A stretch of 64,000 nt of DNA. It comes from an uncultured virus (IMG/VR IMGVR_UViG_3300042520_002918) (taxonomy: Duplodnaviria; Heunggongvirae; Uroviricota; Caudoviricetes). The stretch lies in IMG/VR virus record IMGVR_UViG_3300042520_002918; one strand, given 5' to 3'. The first letter of the stretch is position 1; each line of letters opens with the position of its first letter. Shown in pieces: positions 1-9,054 of this stretch. Made by a program: the position numbers and the translations under genes. The notes beneath the pieces were generated by a model. It was not told the DNA's origin. It made no database searches and saw only the letters and a program-made list of their open reading frames with translations.

Positions 1-60
1 AAGTACATCATGGACAATTCGTCCGGTGGCCTGGCAAACTGGAATGTATGGAAAAACTAA
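1..60 (+). CDS. 3' end of a truncated gene, possibly lysozyme/lytic transglycosylase-like
   Basis: Frame 1 reads KYIMDNSSGGLANWNVWKN*. The GGLxxW ending resembles C-termini of SLT-like domains, but only 19 aa are visible. Confidence 0.35.
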   Translation, partial: KYIMDNSSGGLANWNVWKN

Positions 61-305
61 AAAGCAAAAGCCCGTATATTTTTATCGCCATGGCATCCAT
101 CTCATTCATCGCGTTTTACTTCACCAAAAAGATTCGACGCCTGATGATGTCTGAAAGCAAAAAGGTAAAGATGATTCAGGAAGCGATTGAAGAAGTTCGT
201 CGCGAGCAAGAGAAAAAGCAAAGTGATGAGATTTTGAATATCATCAAGTCTGAGCGAGATAAGCAGACAATGGCTTTTAGTAAGTACGGTCACAGGCACA
301 GATAG
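48..305 (+). CDS. Hypothetical protein with N-terminal hydrophobic segment
   Basis: 85-aa ORF; hydrophobic stretch YIFIAMASISFIAFYF followed by a charged helix. Confidence 0.55.
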   Translation: MEKLKSKSPYIFIAMASISFIAFYFTKKIRRLMMSESKKVKMIQEAIEEVRREQEKKQSDEILNIIKSERDKQTMAFSKYGHRHR

Positions 306-325
306 GGCGTGGCAGACTATGTGTC

Positions 326-988
326 ATGCCAGAACTAAACGCCAACATCCCATCGATTGAGTGCTTTGTTCGCGGCAATTTTTTGCGCGACCAACAAGAC
401 AGTCACGACAAAGTATTCCCCTGTTATATCTTTGGCGTTGCCTCAATCCCGGACCGAGTCCCGATGTTTCACTTCCTGATGGAAGATGGCGGTATCTGGT
501 GGCGCATGCCGATTCATGCATTTTGTTGGAAGCCAGATGCAGAACCAATGGACCTACACGACCAGGTCCTTTGGAATTCATTCTCTCCGTACATAACTGT
601 CACAACTTTTCATAGTCTGCGCGGAATGCGCATGGAATATTCAGACCGCCATAAGCGCAAGCATCAAGGAATATATATGATGACCTTTGATTGGCACTGG
701 CCAGAATCAAATGCGACAAATGTTGGATGGTCAGAAAATCCTGGTCAACACAAGTGCGGGCATCTCATCAAACTTGATAATGGGAATTTCGCCATCCAGC
801 CCAACAATAGGGTGATTCTTAAAGACCCGTCATTCACCACAAAACTCGGAAGCCCAGTTATTGAAAGAATCCTCAATCATCAGCACTTTGGCGTAGAGGA
901 TGCCGACAGGTGGGTAACGGAAGATTCCGAAAACTATTTCTATTCGATTTCGTCAAACCAGAATGACCGCAATGAAAAGGCTGACTAG
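326..988 (+). CDS. Conserved phage hypothetical protein
   Basis: 220 aa; motifs LNANIP, FGVASIP, WRMPIHAF and GNFAIQPNNR recalled from aquatic phage proteins; candidate -10 (CAGACT, 313-318) 7 nt upstream of the ATG. Confidence 0.75.
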   Translation: MPELNANIPSIECFVRGNFLRDQQDSHDKVFPCYIFGVASIPDRVPMFHFLMEDGGIWWRMPIHAFCWKPDAEPMDLHDQVLWNSFSPYITVTTFHSLRGMRMEYSDRHKRKHQGIYMMTFDWHWPESNATNVGWSENPGQHKCGHLIKLDNGNFAIQPNNRVILKDPSFTTKLGSPVIERILNHQHFGVEDADRWVTEDSENYFYSISSNQNDRNEKAD

Positions 989-1172
989 AAACCTGCTTCT
1001 CGCCACTCTGAGCGTTTTTGCCCTCTCTGCGTGTGGCTATCAAGGAAGTTATCGTTACTCCTGCCAAGACCCTGAGAACTGGGAGAAGGAAGAATGCAAT
1101 CCACCGATGTGCACAGTCAACGGGGATTGCTGGAAAGACTTGGTTGGTTACGAAGAGGAGACAGACGAATGA
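972..1172 (+). CDS. Small lipoprotein with Cys-rich mature part
   Basis: MKRLTR basic N-terminus, hydrophobic core and lipobox LSAC; three further Cys. Confidence 0.75.
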   Translation: MKRLTRNLLLATLSVFALSACGYQGSYRYSCQDPENWEKEECNPPMCTVNGDCWKDLVGYEEETDE

Positions 1173-1447
1173 AACAGCGATACACGGCAGAAGAACTTGA
1201 TGCCCGGCTGAAGTTTGTTGTTGGCTGCATCCTCGGGCTTGTCCTAACCATCACCACAATCGGCGTTCTCTACGCCCTTGTTTTTGTTGCCCAGCCAATT
1301 GGGGCCCAGGCCGAAAACGACAAAATGTTCTTCGGCGTGTTGTCTTCCGTTGCTACATTTATTACCGGAACTCTTGCCGGGCTCATGATTTCCACAGGTC
1401 GCAATAAAGAACAAGCACCCTCTGAGGAAACGGAGACACAAGAATGA
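1169..1447 (+). CDS. Two-TM membrane protein
   Basis: ATGA overlap with upstream stop; two hydrophobic helices. Confidence 0.75.
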   Translation: MKQRYTAEELDARLKFVVGCILGLVLTITTIGVLYALVFVAQPIGAQAENDKMFFGVLSSVATFITGTLAGLMISTGRNKEQAPSEETETQE

Positions 1448-1560
1448 TTGCAACGCTTCTCACGCTCTTGGTTGGGGCGCTGGCCGGATTTGTGGCCTGC
1501 AAACGATTTGGACATTGCGCATGTTGTGACTGCGACTGCGAAAAGTGTGAAAGGGATTAA
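1444..1560 (+). CDS. 38-aa membrane-anchored Cys-rich microprotein (not in ORF track)
   Basis: ATGA overlap at 1444-1447; translates MIATLLTLLVGALAGFVACKRFGHCACCDCDCEKCERD*; fills the gap between neighbouring genes. Confidence 0.65.
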   Translation: MIATLLTLLVGALAGFVACKRFGHCACCDCDCEKCERD

Positions 1561-1563
1561 GAC

Positions 1564-1842
1564 ATGGACATCTCATCCTGGTTTGACGCACTCGGCGAAT
1601 CACTAAAAACAAACCAGGTCACCCTGGTTGTCCTTGCTGGATTGGCATTTGCCGGATACAGATGGGTGAGCAAGATTGACCAAATCAACCGCGAAGACCA
1701 TGCCGCACTGGGCGAAAAGGTTGATGAGGTCAAAGATGCGGTTGCAAAGGGCTTTCAGGACCATTTGGCTCATTGGCATAATCCGCCCACCGAGGCAGTA
1801 AAACGAGCCCCGCGTGCAAAGAAGGCTGCGAAAAAGAAGTAG
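1564..1842 (+). CDS. Single-TM membrane protein
   Basis: 92 aa; TM segment followed by short coiled coil and basic tail. Confidence 0.7.
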   Translation: MDISSWFDALGESLKTNQVTLVVLAGLAFAGYRWVSKIDQINREDHAALGEKVDEVKDAVAKGFQDHLAHWHNPPTEAVKRAPRAKKAAKKK

Positions 1843-1863
1843 TCTTCCAATTGACGAAATTTG

Positions 1864-1890
1864 TTAACGTAGGTGCATAACCTACGTTAA
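1864..1890. promoter_or_regulatory. Perfect 10-bp inverted repeat upstream of the sugar operon
   Basis: TTAACGTAGG-tgcataa-CCTACGTTAA; TTGACG at 1851-1856 nearby. Confidence 0.5.
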
Positions 1891-1922
1891 ATAATTCTTT
1901 ACCCACAAGAAAGGAAATTCTC

Positions 1923-2633
1923 GTGATAGTGGTAGCCACGACTCTCCATGCTTATGTAATGGATAATCCAGACCATTGGGGTTCATGGATGAAAAATGCA
2001 GAAAAGGTAAAAGAAGAGTACGCAAGGTTTGGAGACTGGGCAAAAATTCAATATTTTGCAGCGATACAGGTTGATTCTCGTGGACTAGAACCATTTAAAC
2101 CCTTTTTGGACAGACTTGCAGAAATCGATGGCGGGTTCTGGACGTACTCACTTGATGATGGAAGAACTCAGGTAACAACAAAAAATAGGCTCAGGCATAT
2201 TGTCGTTGGGCAAAACCTATGTAACGATTTTGCCATGTCTACGCATGGGTGCACCCACATGCTTTTTATGGCTGCAGATTGCATGCCCCCCGACGATGTC
2301 ATGCCGAGAATGCTGGAGATGAATCATCCGCTTTGCGCCCCATATATTCGCACTTACAATCTGCGCGGAAAAAAGATTGACAAATATCCATTCCCGGTTG
2401 AAGAAGCAATGGCATCAGCGGCAGCAATATTTATGGATAGGCGCGTGTTTTCCTCAATCAGGTGGCGCTGGGACCTTGACAACAACATGTCAGATGACCC
2501 CTGCTACCACCATGATGCCCTTCACTATCTTGGTGTGCCGACGTATGTGCGTCATGATTGCATCGCCAAGCATTTCCCAGAATCAGTTGGGGCAATTGAA
2601 ACACGAGGCCACGATATGACGGTGTATAGATGA
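1923..2633 (+). CDS. Putative glycosyltransferase, GT-A/GT2-like
   Basis: THMLFMAADC (DxD-like position), aromatic-rich core, SDDPCYHHD and C-terminal H motif typical of phage GT-A proteins. Confidence 0.6.
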   Translation: MIVVATTLHAYVMDNPDHWGSWMKNAEKVKEEYARFGDWAKIQYFAAIQVDSRGLEPFKPFLDRLAEIDGGFWTYSLDDGRTQVTTKNRLRHIVVGQNLCNDFAMSTHGCTHMLFMAADCMPPDDVMPRMLEMNHPLCAPYIRTYNLRGKKIDKYPFPVEEAMASAAAIFMDRRVFSSIRWRWDLDNNMSDDPCYHHDALHYLGVPTYVRHDCIAKHFPESVGAIETRGHDMTVYR

Positions 2634-3190
2634 TTAAGCAATTGCGTCAATTTCACGACAGTGAAACATTGGCAAAGATTTATGCAAAACCGCACGACCA
2701 CAGAATTTATGGTCGTGGACATCACGTAAGAGTTGAAGTCACAAAAAATATTGTTCGCGATGCAGTTGCGATGACAAGAGCCAAAAGCATTGCAGACTTG
2801 AGTTGTGGCAATGCGGACATAGTTAAGTCCATGGGAATGCAAAATGTCTTTCTTGGGGATTATGCGCCAACATACGATTTAGTTGGACCGATTGATAAGA
2901 CAATCATGGATATTCCAAAAGTCGATGTTTATGTATGTTCAGAATCCCTTGAGCACGTAGAAGAGCCATTGAAGATTTTGAAACTTATTCGAGAAAAGTC
3001 AGAATATCTAGTTCTTTCTACCCCAATAGAAAATTGGGAAGATACCAACAACGAGCACTACTGGTCTTGGGATAGGCAAGGTGTTGAAGAATTGCTAAGC
3101 GAGTCTGATTGGACACCAAATATATTTTTGTATTTGGACACAACAGTGTTTGGCGAACCTTACAAATATGGCATTTGGGGATGTAAGTGA
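2630..3190 (+). CDS. Class I SAM-dependent methyltransferase
   Basis: IADLSCGNA (motif I), DVYVCSESLEHVEEP, LVLSTP. Confidence 0.8.
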   Translation: MIKQLRQFHDSETLAKIYAKPHDHRIYGRGHHVRVEVTKNIVRDAVAMTRAKSIADLSCGNADIVKSMGMQNVFLGDYAPTYDLVGPIDKTIMDIPKVDVYVCSESLEHVEEPLKILKLIREKSEYLVLSTPIENWEDTNNEHYWSWDRQGVEELLSESDWTPNIFLYLDTTVFGEPYKYGIWGCK

Positions 3191-4062
3191 AAATTTTAAT
3201 TACCGGAGACGCAGGTTTCGTGGGCGGATATTTTAGGAAAGCCCTAAGTGACCACGAGGTTTTCGGTGTCGATATTAAAAATGGTCTTGACGCTAGAAAA
3301 TTTTTCGCACAAGATGATACGTATTTTGACCTTGTTATTCATCTTGCTGCAATAGTTGGAGGAAGAGCAACAATTGAAGGGGCACCCCTTTCTGTTGCCG
3401 TGGACCTTGCAATTGATTCAGAATTGTTTCAATGGGCGCTTAGAACACGACCAAAAAGAATTATTTACTACTCGTCGTCTGCCGCATACCCAATTGAGTA
3501 TCAAAAACTCGATGACAAAATTCGCCTATCTGAAGAGCATATTGATTTGTCCAAAATCAAATCTCCCGACTACACATACGGTTGGGCAAAACTTACCGGA
3601 GAGATGCTGGCTGGTTATGCAGAAAAAGAAGGCCTGCGCGTCCATGTTTTTAGGCCTTTTTCCGGATACGGAGAAGACCAATCTTTGGACTACCCATTTC
3701 CATCATTTATTAAACGCGGTGTAGAAAAAGCAAATCCATTTATTATTTGGGGAACTGGAAATCAGACTCGTGATTTCATCCACATGGAAGATGTAGTTGC
3801 AGCAACGCTGGAAGCAGTAAAACAAGACATCCCCGGGCCGGTAAATCTTGGGGCTGGAAGGGCAACGTCATTCAATCAACTCGCAGAAATGGTTGCGAAA
3901 CAATGTGGGTATTCCCCATCCTTTGAGCGCAAAATTGGAGCCCCAGAAGGGGTTGAGTACAGGGTTTGCAACCCATCCAAAATGCTCTCTTTCTATAAGC
4001 CAAAAATCAGCCTAGAAGAAGGCATCTCCAGGGCAATTAAATACATGCAAGGTCTTCAATAA
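3187..4062 (+). CDS. NAD-dependent NDP-sugar epimerase/dehydratase (extended SDR)
   Basis: ILITGDAGFVG, HLAA, YSSS, YGWAK (YxxxK), GTGNQTRDFIH. Confidence 0.93.
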   Translation: MKILITGDAGFVGGYFRKALSDHEVFGVDIKNGLDARKFFAQDDTYFDLVIHLAAIVGGRATIEGAPLSVAVDLAIDSELFQWALRTRPKRIIYYSSSAAYPIEYQKLDDKIRLSEEHIDLSKIKSPDYTYGWAKLTGEMLAGYAEKEGLRVHVFRPFSGYGEDQSLDYPFPSFIKRGVEKANPFIIWGTGNQTRDFIHMEDVVAATLEAVKQDIPGPVNLGAGRATSFNQLAEMVAKQCGYSPSFERKIGAPEGVEYRVCNPSKMLSFYKPKISLEEGISRAIKYMQGLQ

Positions 4063-4094
4063 TTAAACTAATTTAAGCAACATAATTTATGGTT

Positions 4095-4123
4095 GCGATA
4101 AAAATTTACAGCCCATAAACTGG
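4095..4123 (+). promoter_or_regulatory. Sigma70-type promoter upstream of the subtilase gene
   Basis: TTGCGA-17 nt-TAAACT; SD-like GAAAGGAA before ATG 4150; coordinates approximate to within 1-2 nt. Confidence 0.5.
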
Positions 4124-4149
4124 AATCAACCCAACGAAAGGAATTCAAA

Positions 4150-5307
4150 ATGTTCAAATTTTTACTATCAATTTTCATTACGGCAAGTTCCCTTGTTTCT
4201 CAACCACTACAAAATGACAACGGTTGGCGCCCAGCATGGGGACTTGACCGCATTGACCAGCGCGAGGCCGCGCTCAATGACAGGTATAACTATTCATACG
4301 ACGGGACCGGAGTTACCGCTTATGTGTTCGACTCCGGAATCAACTCAGCACATGAAGAGTTCGTCGGTCGCGTAGAACTCGGGTACACGGCAATCGCTGA
4401 CGGATACGGAGCAGAAGACTGTGCTGGACATGGTTCCCACACTGCAAGTCTTATCGGTGGCAAAACATACGGCGTAGCGAAAAACGTACGGCTTGTTTCA
4501 GTCCGTGTTTTGAACTGCAGTAATTCAAACCCATCAAGCGCAAGTCTGTACCCGGCGATTGACTGGATGGTTGAGCATCATCAATCAGGGGTTCCCGCAG
4601 TCGTGAATATGAGCGTGGGGATGTCAAAGTCCACTGCATTCAATGACGCCGTTCGCAAACTTATTGCTGACGGAATGATTGTTGTTGTTGCCGCCGGCAA
4701 TCAAAATCGCGATGCGTGTTTGTACTCTCCAGCATCTGAAACAAGTGCAATTTCAGTTGGGGCAACAGACAAGACGGAACTGCGCGCATCGTATTCAAAT
4801 TTCGGCACATGCGTTGACATTTTTGCTCCTGGCTCTGACCTTGTTGGCGCATGGGTCGGGCCTTCAAATACGTATAGGTCCAGCAGCGGAACATCCAATG
4901 CCGCGCCGATTGTGTCTGGAATTGTCGCAACAATGCTGCAGAAAAATCCCAACCTCACGCAGCAAGAAGTTCAGCAAATGCTGACAGCAACAGCAACAAG
5001 CGGGGCACTGTTCAATATCGGAACAGGAAGCCCAAATCTTTTGGCGTACTCAGTTCTTGATGGTGCTCCAGTTCAGACAACAACTACCACCGTTGCTCCA
5101 ACGACGACAGTGGTAACTACAACTACTGTTCCAGTCCCAACTAGCACAGTTGCTCCAACAACTACTGTTGCTCCTCCGCAAATGACTGACCTTCAGTGCT
5201 TTAATCCAGCAGAACGCACACGCATTTATGGCGTGCCATACGTGTGCGTCAATACCGGAAACAGTCTGATGTGGGTTCCCAAGCGTTATTCGCCAGGGCG
5301 CCCATAA
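4150..5307 (+). CDS. Secreted subtilisin-like S8 serine protease (aqualysin/proteinase K subfamily) with Thr/Pro-rich tail
   Basis: Signal peptide; WGLDRIDQR; triad VFDSG / HGSH / GTSNAAP; oxyanion AAGN; VDIFAPG. Confidence 0.93.
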   Translation: MFKFLLSIFITASSLVSQPLQNDNGWRPAWGLDRIDQREAALNDRYNYSYDGTGVTAYVFDSGINSAHEEFVGRVELGYTAIADGYGAEDCAGHGSHTASLIGGKTYGVAKNVRLVSVRVLNCSNSNPSSASLYPAIDWMVEHHQSGVPAVVNMSVGMSKSTAFNDAVRKLIADGMIVVVAAGNQNRDACLYSPASETSAISVGATDKTELRASYSNFGTCVDIFAPGSDLVGAWVGPSNTYRSSSGTSNAAPIVSGIVATMLQKNPNLTQQEVQQMLTATATSGALFNIGTGSPNLLAYSVLDGAPVQTTTTTVAPTTTVVTTTTVPVPTSTVAPTTTVAPPQMTDLQCFNPAERTRIYGVPYVCVNTGNSLMWVPKRYSPGRP

Positions 5308-7233
5308 CTACTTGATTGGGCAAGCCCCAGTCGCGCAGTTGTCAAGGTCCAGTTCTCCGTCAAACGAGCGTTGCTGGAGTGGCACTGAGAAATCAATGCT
5401 CGCCAACATCTTCTCGTAGTCCTCTTTCGAGCACGCCTCGTACGGAGGAAGCGGGAAGTTGTGGTCGCTGTGAAGCAAGAACGACACTGACTTGACGCCA
5501 TCGTCGTAGTTCTTTTCCAGCCATTCTTTGATTTGCGGCAGTTCCTCTTTGCGGTAGTACACCGTTACAGAAACGGCATTGTCCGCCCAGATGGTCTGCA
5601 TTGTCTTGACCCACTCCAACTGCTGAACGGCAGTCATATCAGTGGCAAGGACCGAGCCTTCTGGGGACATGCACGGGAAGTCCACCACGTAGCGGGTGTG
5701 GTCTTCTCGACCGTCAAGGCCGATGTCCCACTGCACCTTGTAGCCACGCTTGCGACATGCGTCCACAAGCGGGTCTGCCGAGCCAAAGCGAACGCGGCGG
5801 ATGTAGTACTGCGCGTAGGCGGGATGGATGCCAGGAGTGACGCCAGGAAGCAATGAAAGGGTTCCTGAAGGCTGAACGGTGGTCAAACGTACCGAGGTCG
5901 GCCAGCCCTTTTCCTTTGAATACTTCTTGTCAAAGGCAGCGAGGTTCTTGTAAGCCTCATCTAGCCACTCAATCTTTTCCGCAGAAACCTGCAGAATCCC
6001 GGTCACATTCTGGCCAAGGCGTGCGTTCTTCTTGACGATATTCGTGGTCTTTTCGTATGGGTACGCAAGACGTGTGATTTGCTTTTGCACCTTGTAAAGA
6101 AGGATTGAGATTTCCTTCAACTGCTCAAGCGATTCCACGTTCGGTAGATAGATGGTTGCAAGGTTGCAACTCTCCCCGTCGGCAAGGGCAATCTCTGCAC
6201 ACGGATTGAAGCCCTCAATTGATGGGTCTGGATTCTTCTCGCCAAGACGACCAACCGTACGGGCAAGTTTGCGGTTCAGCAATCCGTATGGCTCACCAGA
6301 GCCGTCGTAGCCCTTCCACAGTTCGGACATGATTTCTTCGTAGGAGTCTGCATAGATGCTGTTGTTTGAATTTGCACGCCATGCCGGAACCGTGCCGGTA
6401 GACCAGTTCTTTGCGCGCAAGAACAACACATCGTCTGGGTCGCCCATGGCAATCTGCGCTGAGCGTCGGGACGAACCGGACACGACAATTCGGCCGATGA
6501 TGTTGCAGATGTCAAGCACGTCAATGGAGCGAAGTTTCTTCCCTACTCGTCCATCAAGAACCTTGCAGATGTCCGCCATTCCGTCGATGAGAGCGCCAGG
6601 ACCAGAAGCGGTGCCGCCAAATGTCTTTAGCGGTGCGCCGTACTCGCGAATGAGAATTGTTGAATAACTAAACGACTTACCAGTCTCGAAGTACGACTTC
6701 AGCACAGCATGGAGCAGACGCTTCCAGCCATGACGCGAGTCTGGGACGATAATGTCGGCGTCGTTTGAGCGCTCATGCGTGATGCTTACTCCGGACTTAA
6801 CCTTCGGCAAGTCGTGAATCTTTGCACGCTCTACGGAGAATCCAACTCCACCACCGAGCATGAGGTACTCAAAAAGAAGTTCAAAATCCTCAATCTTTTC
6901 AATGTTTGTGAAGTAGCAGTTGTTTAGCGACGCCCCATTGAATTTCTGTACGAGCGGAGTTCCAAGTTGCCAAAGTGCTCTGCCGGCGAATGAGCAGCGC
7001 AGATTGAACATGTGGTCGAAGAGTTTCTCCGCCTCTTCTTTGGTGTACTCAACACCGATTTCGTGCGCGCCATTAACCACGCGCTGAAGAGTTTCAGTCC
7101 ATGTCTCATTGTTGCCATCGTCCTTCTTGCGACTATAGGTGCGCAAGAAGACAATTTCTCCCATGCCGTTGAAGCCCCACGGCGCTTGTTTTTGGGAATA
7201 GGAGTCCACAAAAGATTGGTCTAGCGTTGTCAT
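5308..7233 (-). CDS. nrdJ: Class II adenosylcobalamin-dependent ribonucleotide reductase (monomeric RTPR type)
   Basis: LNNC, GGGVG, RRSAQIA, NPCAEI, SCNL, TTVQPSGTLS, C-terminal CATGACPIK. Confidence 0.95.
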   Translation of the reverse strand: MTTLDQSFVDSYSQKQAPWGFNGMGEIVFLRTYSRKKDDGNNETWTETLQRVVNGAHEIGVEYTKEEAEKLFDHMFNLRCSFAGRALWQLGTPLVQKFNGASLNNCYFTNIEKIEDFELLFEYLMLGGGVGFSVERAKIHDLPKVKSGVSITHERSNDADIIVPDSRHGWKRLLHAVLKSYFETGKSFSYSTILIREYGAPLKTFGGTASGPGALIDGMADICKVLDGRVGKKLRSIDVLDICNIIGRIVVSGSSRRSAQIAMGDPDDVLFLRAKNWSTGTVPAWRANSNNSIYADSYEEIMSELWKGYDGSGEPYGLLNRKLARTVGRLGEKNPDPSIEGFNPCAEIALADGESCNLATIYLPNVESLEQLKEISILLYKVQKQITRLAYPYEKTTNIVKKNARLGQNVTGILQVSAEKIEWLDEAYKNLAAFDKKYSKEKGWPTSVRLTTVQPSGTLSLLPGVTPGIHPAYAQYYIRRVRFGSADPLVDACRKRGYKVQWDIGLDGREDHTRYVVDFPCMSPEGSVLATDMTAVQQLEWVKTMQTIWADNAVSVTVYYRKEELPQIKEWLEKNYDDGVKSVSFLLHSDHNFPLPPYEACSKEDYEKMLASIDFSVPLQQRSFDGELDLDNCATGACPIK

Positions 7234-7327
7234 AAAGTAACCTTCCGTATGAGTTTGAACTGAGTAGGTTAGTGGAGGCTACGAGGCAAAAGCGTCTAAG
7301 AAGGGTTTCTGCGACTATGCTTTCTGT

Positions 7328-7687
7328 ATGGACATAAAAAACTACGACGAAAGCGCATTTATGGATTTTTCTCAATATCAGTTCAGGACAGGGCTCACCG
7401 CAAGATATCCACAGGACAGAGCAATTGAGTATTTAATTCTTGGCTTGGCATCAGAGGCTGGCGAGGTTGCTGGCAAATATAAGAAAATAATTCGAGACAA
7501 TGGCGGGGAGTTTTCCGAGGAGTCAAAGAACGCACTCCTTGATGAAATCGGCGACGTTTTGTGGTATTGCTCTGAACTCGCCACATCTCTTCAGACAAAC
7601 CTCGCTGCGGTTGCTGCGCGCAATGCCGCAAAACTTGAATCACGCGCCGAGCGTGGAAAGATTGCAGGAAGCGGAGATAACCGCTAG
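7328..7687 (+). CDS. MazG-like nucleotide pyrophosphohydrolase
   Basis: LGLASEAGEVAGKYKK...DEIGDVLWY...GSGDNR. Confidence 0.92.
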   Translation: MDIKNYDESAFMDFSQYQFRTGLTARYPQDRAIEYLILGLASEAGEVAGKYKKIIRDNGGEFSEESKNALLDEIGDVLWYCSELATSLQTNLAAVAARNAAKLESRAERGKIAGSGDNR

Positions 7688-7702
7688 GCTGTTCACAACC
7701 AC

Positions 7703-8005
7703 ATGGAGAATCCAAAAGACATGATTCAAACACTTGAACTTCTTACGTCTCTTATGAGGACCGTAGAGAATGACAAGGAAGTTGAAGTAGTTGTGAAACG
7801 AGACCTGCTTGAGCGAGCAACCGAAATGATTGCTTTGTTGGTGCAAAGGGAAGAAATGTGGAAATCAATAGCAGATGACTTTGCTCAATCGGTCACCGTC
7901 ACCCAAGGCAACGGCAAGCCTCGCTTCAATGTTGACCTTGAGAAATTTATGTCAGCCCAATATCAATACCAAAACACAACAAATGACCTACAACAAACAC
8001 TTTGA
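7703..8005 (+). CDS. Hypothetical protein
   Basis: 100-aa ORF in a tightly packed operon. Confidence 0.7.
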   Translation: MENPKDMIQTLELLTSLMRTVENDKEVEVVVKRDLLERATEMIALLVQREEMWKSIADDFAQSVTVTQGNGKPRFNVDLEKFMSAQYQYQNTTNDLQQTL

Positions 8006-8441
8006 CATCCCCGAAAAATCCTTCAATTTCACTGAAGATTTGGCCTTTGGCCACATGGGGGAGGGCTTTGTAAAAACCTTCTACGAGTCTGTAATTCAAG
8101 GCTCAGCAGAGGTAAAGACAGACAGATATCGCAACGGAAGAATGGTTGTTGAGACAAATCAAAACCCACGGCGCGAAACTGATGTGTTCGGATATCCAGT
8201 TTGGAAAACAAGCGGAATCAACGTAACAACGGCAACATGGTGGATTTACATTTATTCCCTCAATTCGTCTTTAGTGGTTGTTTCTGTTGCGCGACTAAAG
8301 AACTATCTGCGCGCCAACAGGGAATTGTTCAACGAAAACACCAAGCGGTTATTTGCTGAGGGTAGCGATAACCCGGCAAAAGGATTTCTCCTGGAACCGG
8401 AGAATGTAATGGAAATGCTGTATAGTAAGAAGTACGACTGA
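7983..8441 (+). CDS. Hypothetical protein, possible PD-(D/E)XK nuclease fold
   Basis: DL.FG..GE, AEVKTD, VVE, SGINVTTATWW; start moved to ATG 7983. Confidence 0.6.
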   Translation: MTYNKHFDIPEKSFNFTEDLAFGHMGEGFVKTFYESVIQGSAEVKTDRYRNGRMVVETNQNPRRETDVFGYPVWKTSGINVTTATWWIYIYSLNSSLVVVSVARLKNYLRANRELFNENTKRLFAEGSDNPAKGFLLEPENVMEMLYSKKYD

Positions 8442-8452
8442 TTGGAGCACTT

Positions 8453-8791
8453 GTGTCTAAGATTTCTGGCTTTGGCCACCTCGGAAACCCAAATGAAGCA
8501 TTCACAATTCATGGTCACAGCCTTGGAGGGCGTGATTCGGCGGTTTCAATTCAAAGGCCTTCTGCAAACGTAAAGCGTGAATCGATTGGTGCACTGGCAA
8601 AATACCTATCGCAGAACATCAAGTCGATTCGCGACAGCATCACGCAACTTGAAGTTCTTGCAGAAATGATGGAAATTGACAAAGACACGGACTCGGTTCT
8701 TTTGGATAAAAACTTTGTTGATGACTTCAAGGATTGCGTCAAGCAAATCAAAGACAAGTACGAAGACACGGTCAAGGCGGCTAATCAGTAG
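8453..8791 (+). CDS. Hypothetical protein
   Basis: GTG start with GGAG upstream; coiled-coil-like C-terminal half. Confidence 0.65.
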   Translation: MSKISGFGHLGNPNEAFTIHGHSLGGRDSAVSIQRPSANVKRESIGALAKYLSQNIKSIRDSITQLEVLAEMMEIDKDTDSVLLDKNFVDDFKDCVKQIKDKYEDTVKAANQ

Positions 8792-9051
8792 TGGCAAAAG
8801 CCAAACAATCAAAACAAAAATCAACATCAAAAAGCAAGGCTGAATCAAGGGCAGAAATTGACCTTATCGGCGGAAGTTATGACGGAAAGAAATTCGGCGT
8901 TGTTTTTCCTACTCCGAAATACATAGTTCTCGGTTTTGGCACGGAGTTGTACGAACGCCAAGACCTTGATATAGTGATAGACGCAACATACAGGTACACG
9001 GACAATTGGCCCGCCTACAAAAAGTGGGTCAAAGAACAGGCACTCATATAA
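8791..9051 (+). CDS. Hypothetical protein
   Basis: Stop/start overlap; LIGGSYDG motif. Confidence 0.65.
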   Translation: MAKAKQSKQKSTSKSKAESRAEIDLIGGSYDGKKFGVVFPTPKYIVLGFGTELYERQDLDIVIDATYRYTDNWPAYKKWVKEQALI

Positions 9052-9054
9052 CCA

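Noticed and set aside
5308..7233. Intein or intron in RNR (also considered for the helicase)
   Set aside because: Lengths are normal for the families and no splicing or homing-endonuclease motifs were seen.
7234..7327. Cobalamin riboswitch or NrdR box upstream of nrdJ
   Set aside because: The gap is only 94 bp and holds divergent promoter elements; no recognisable B12-box or NrdR palindrome.
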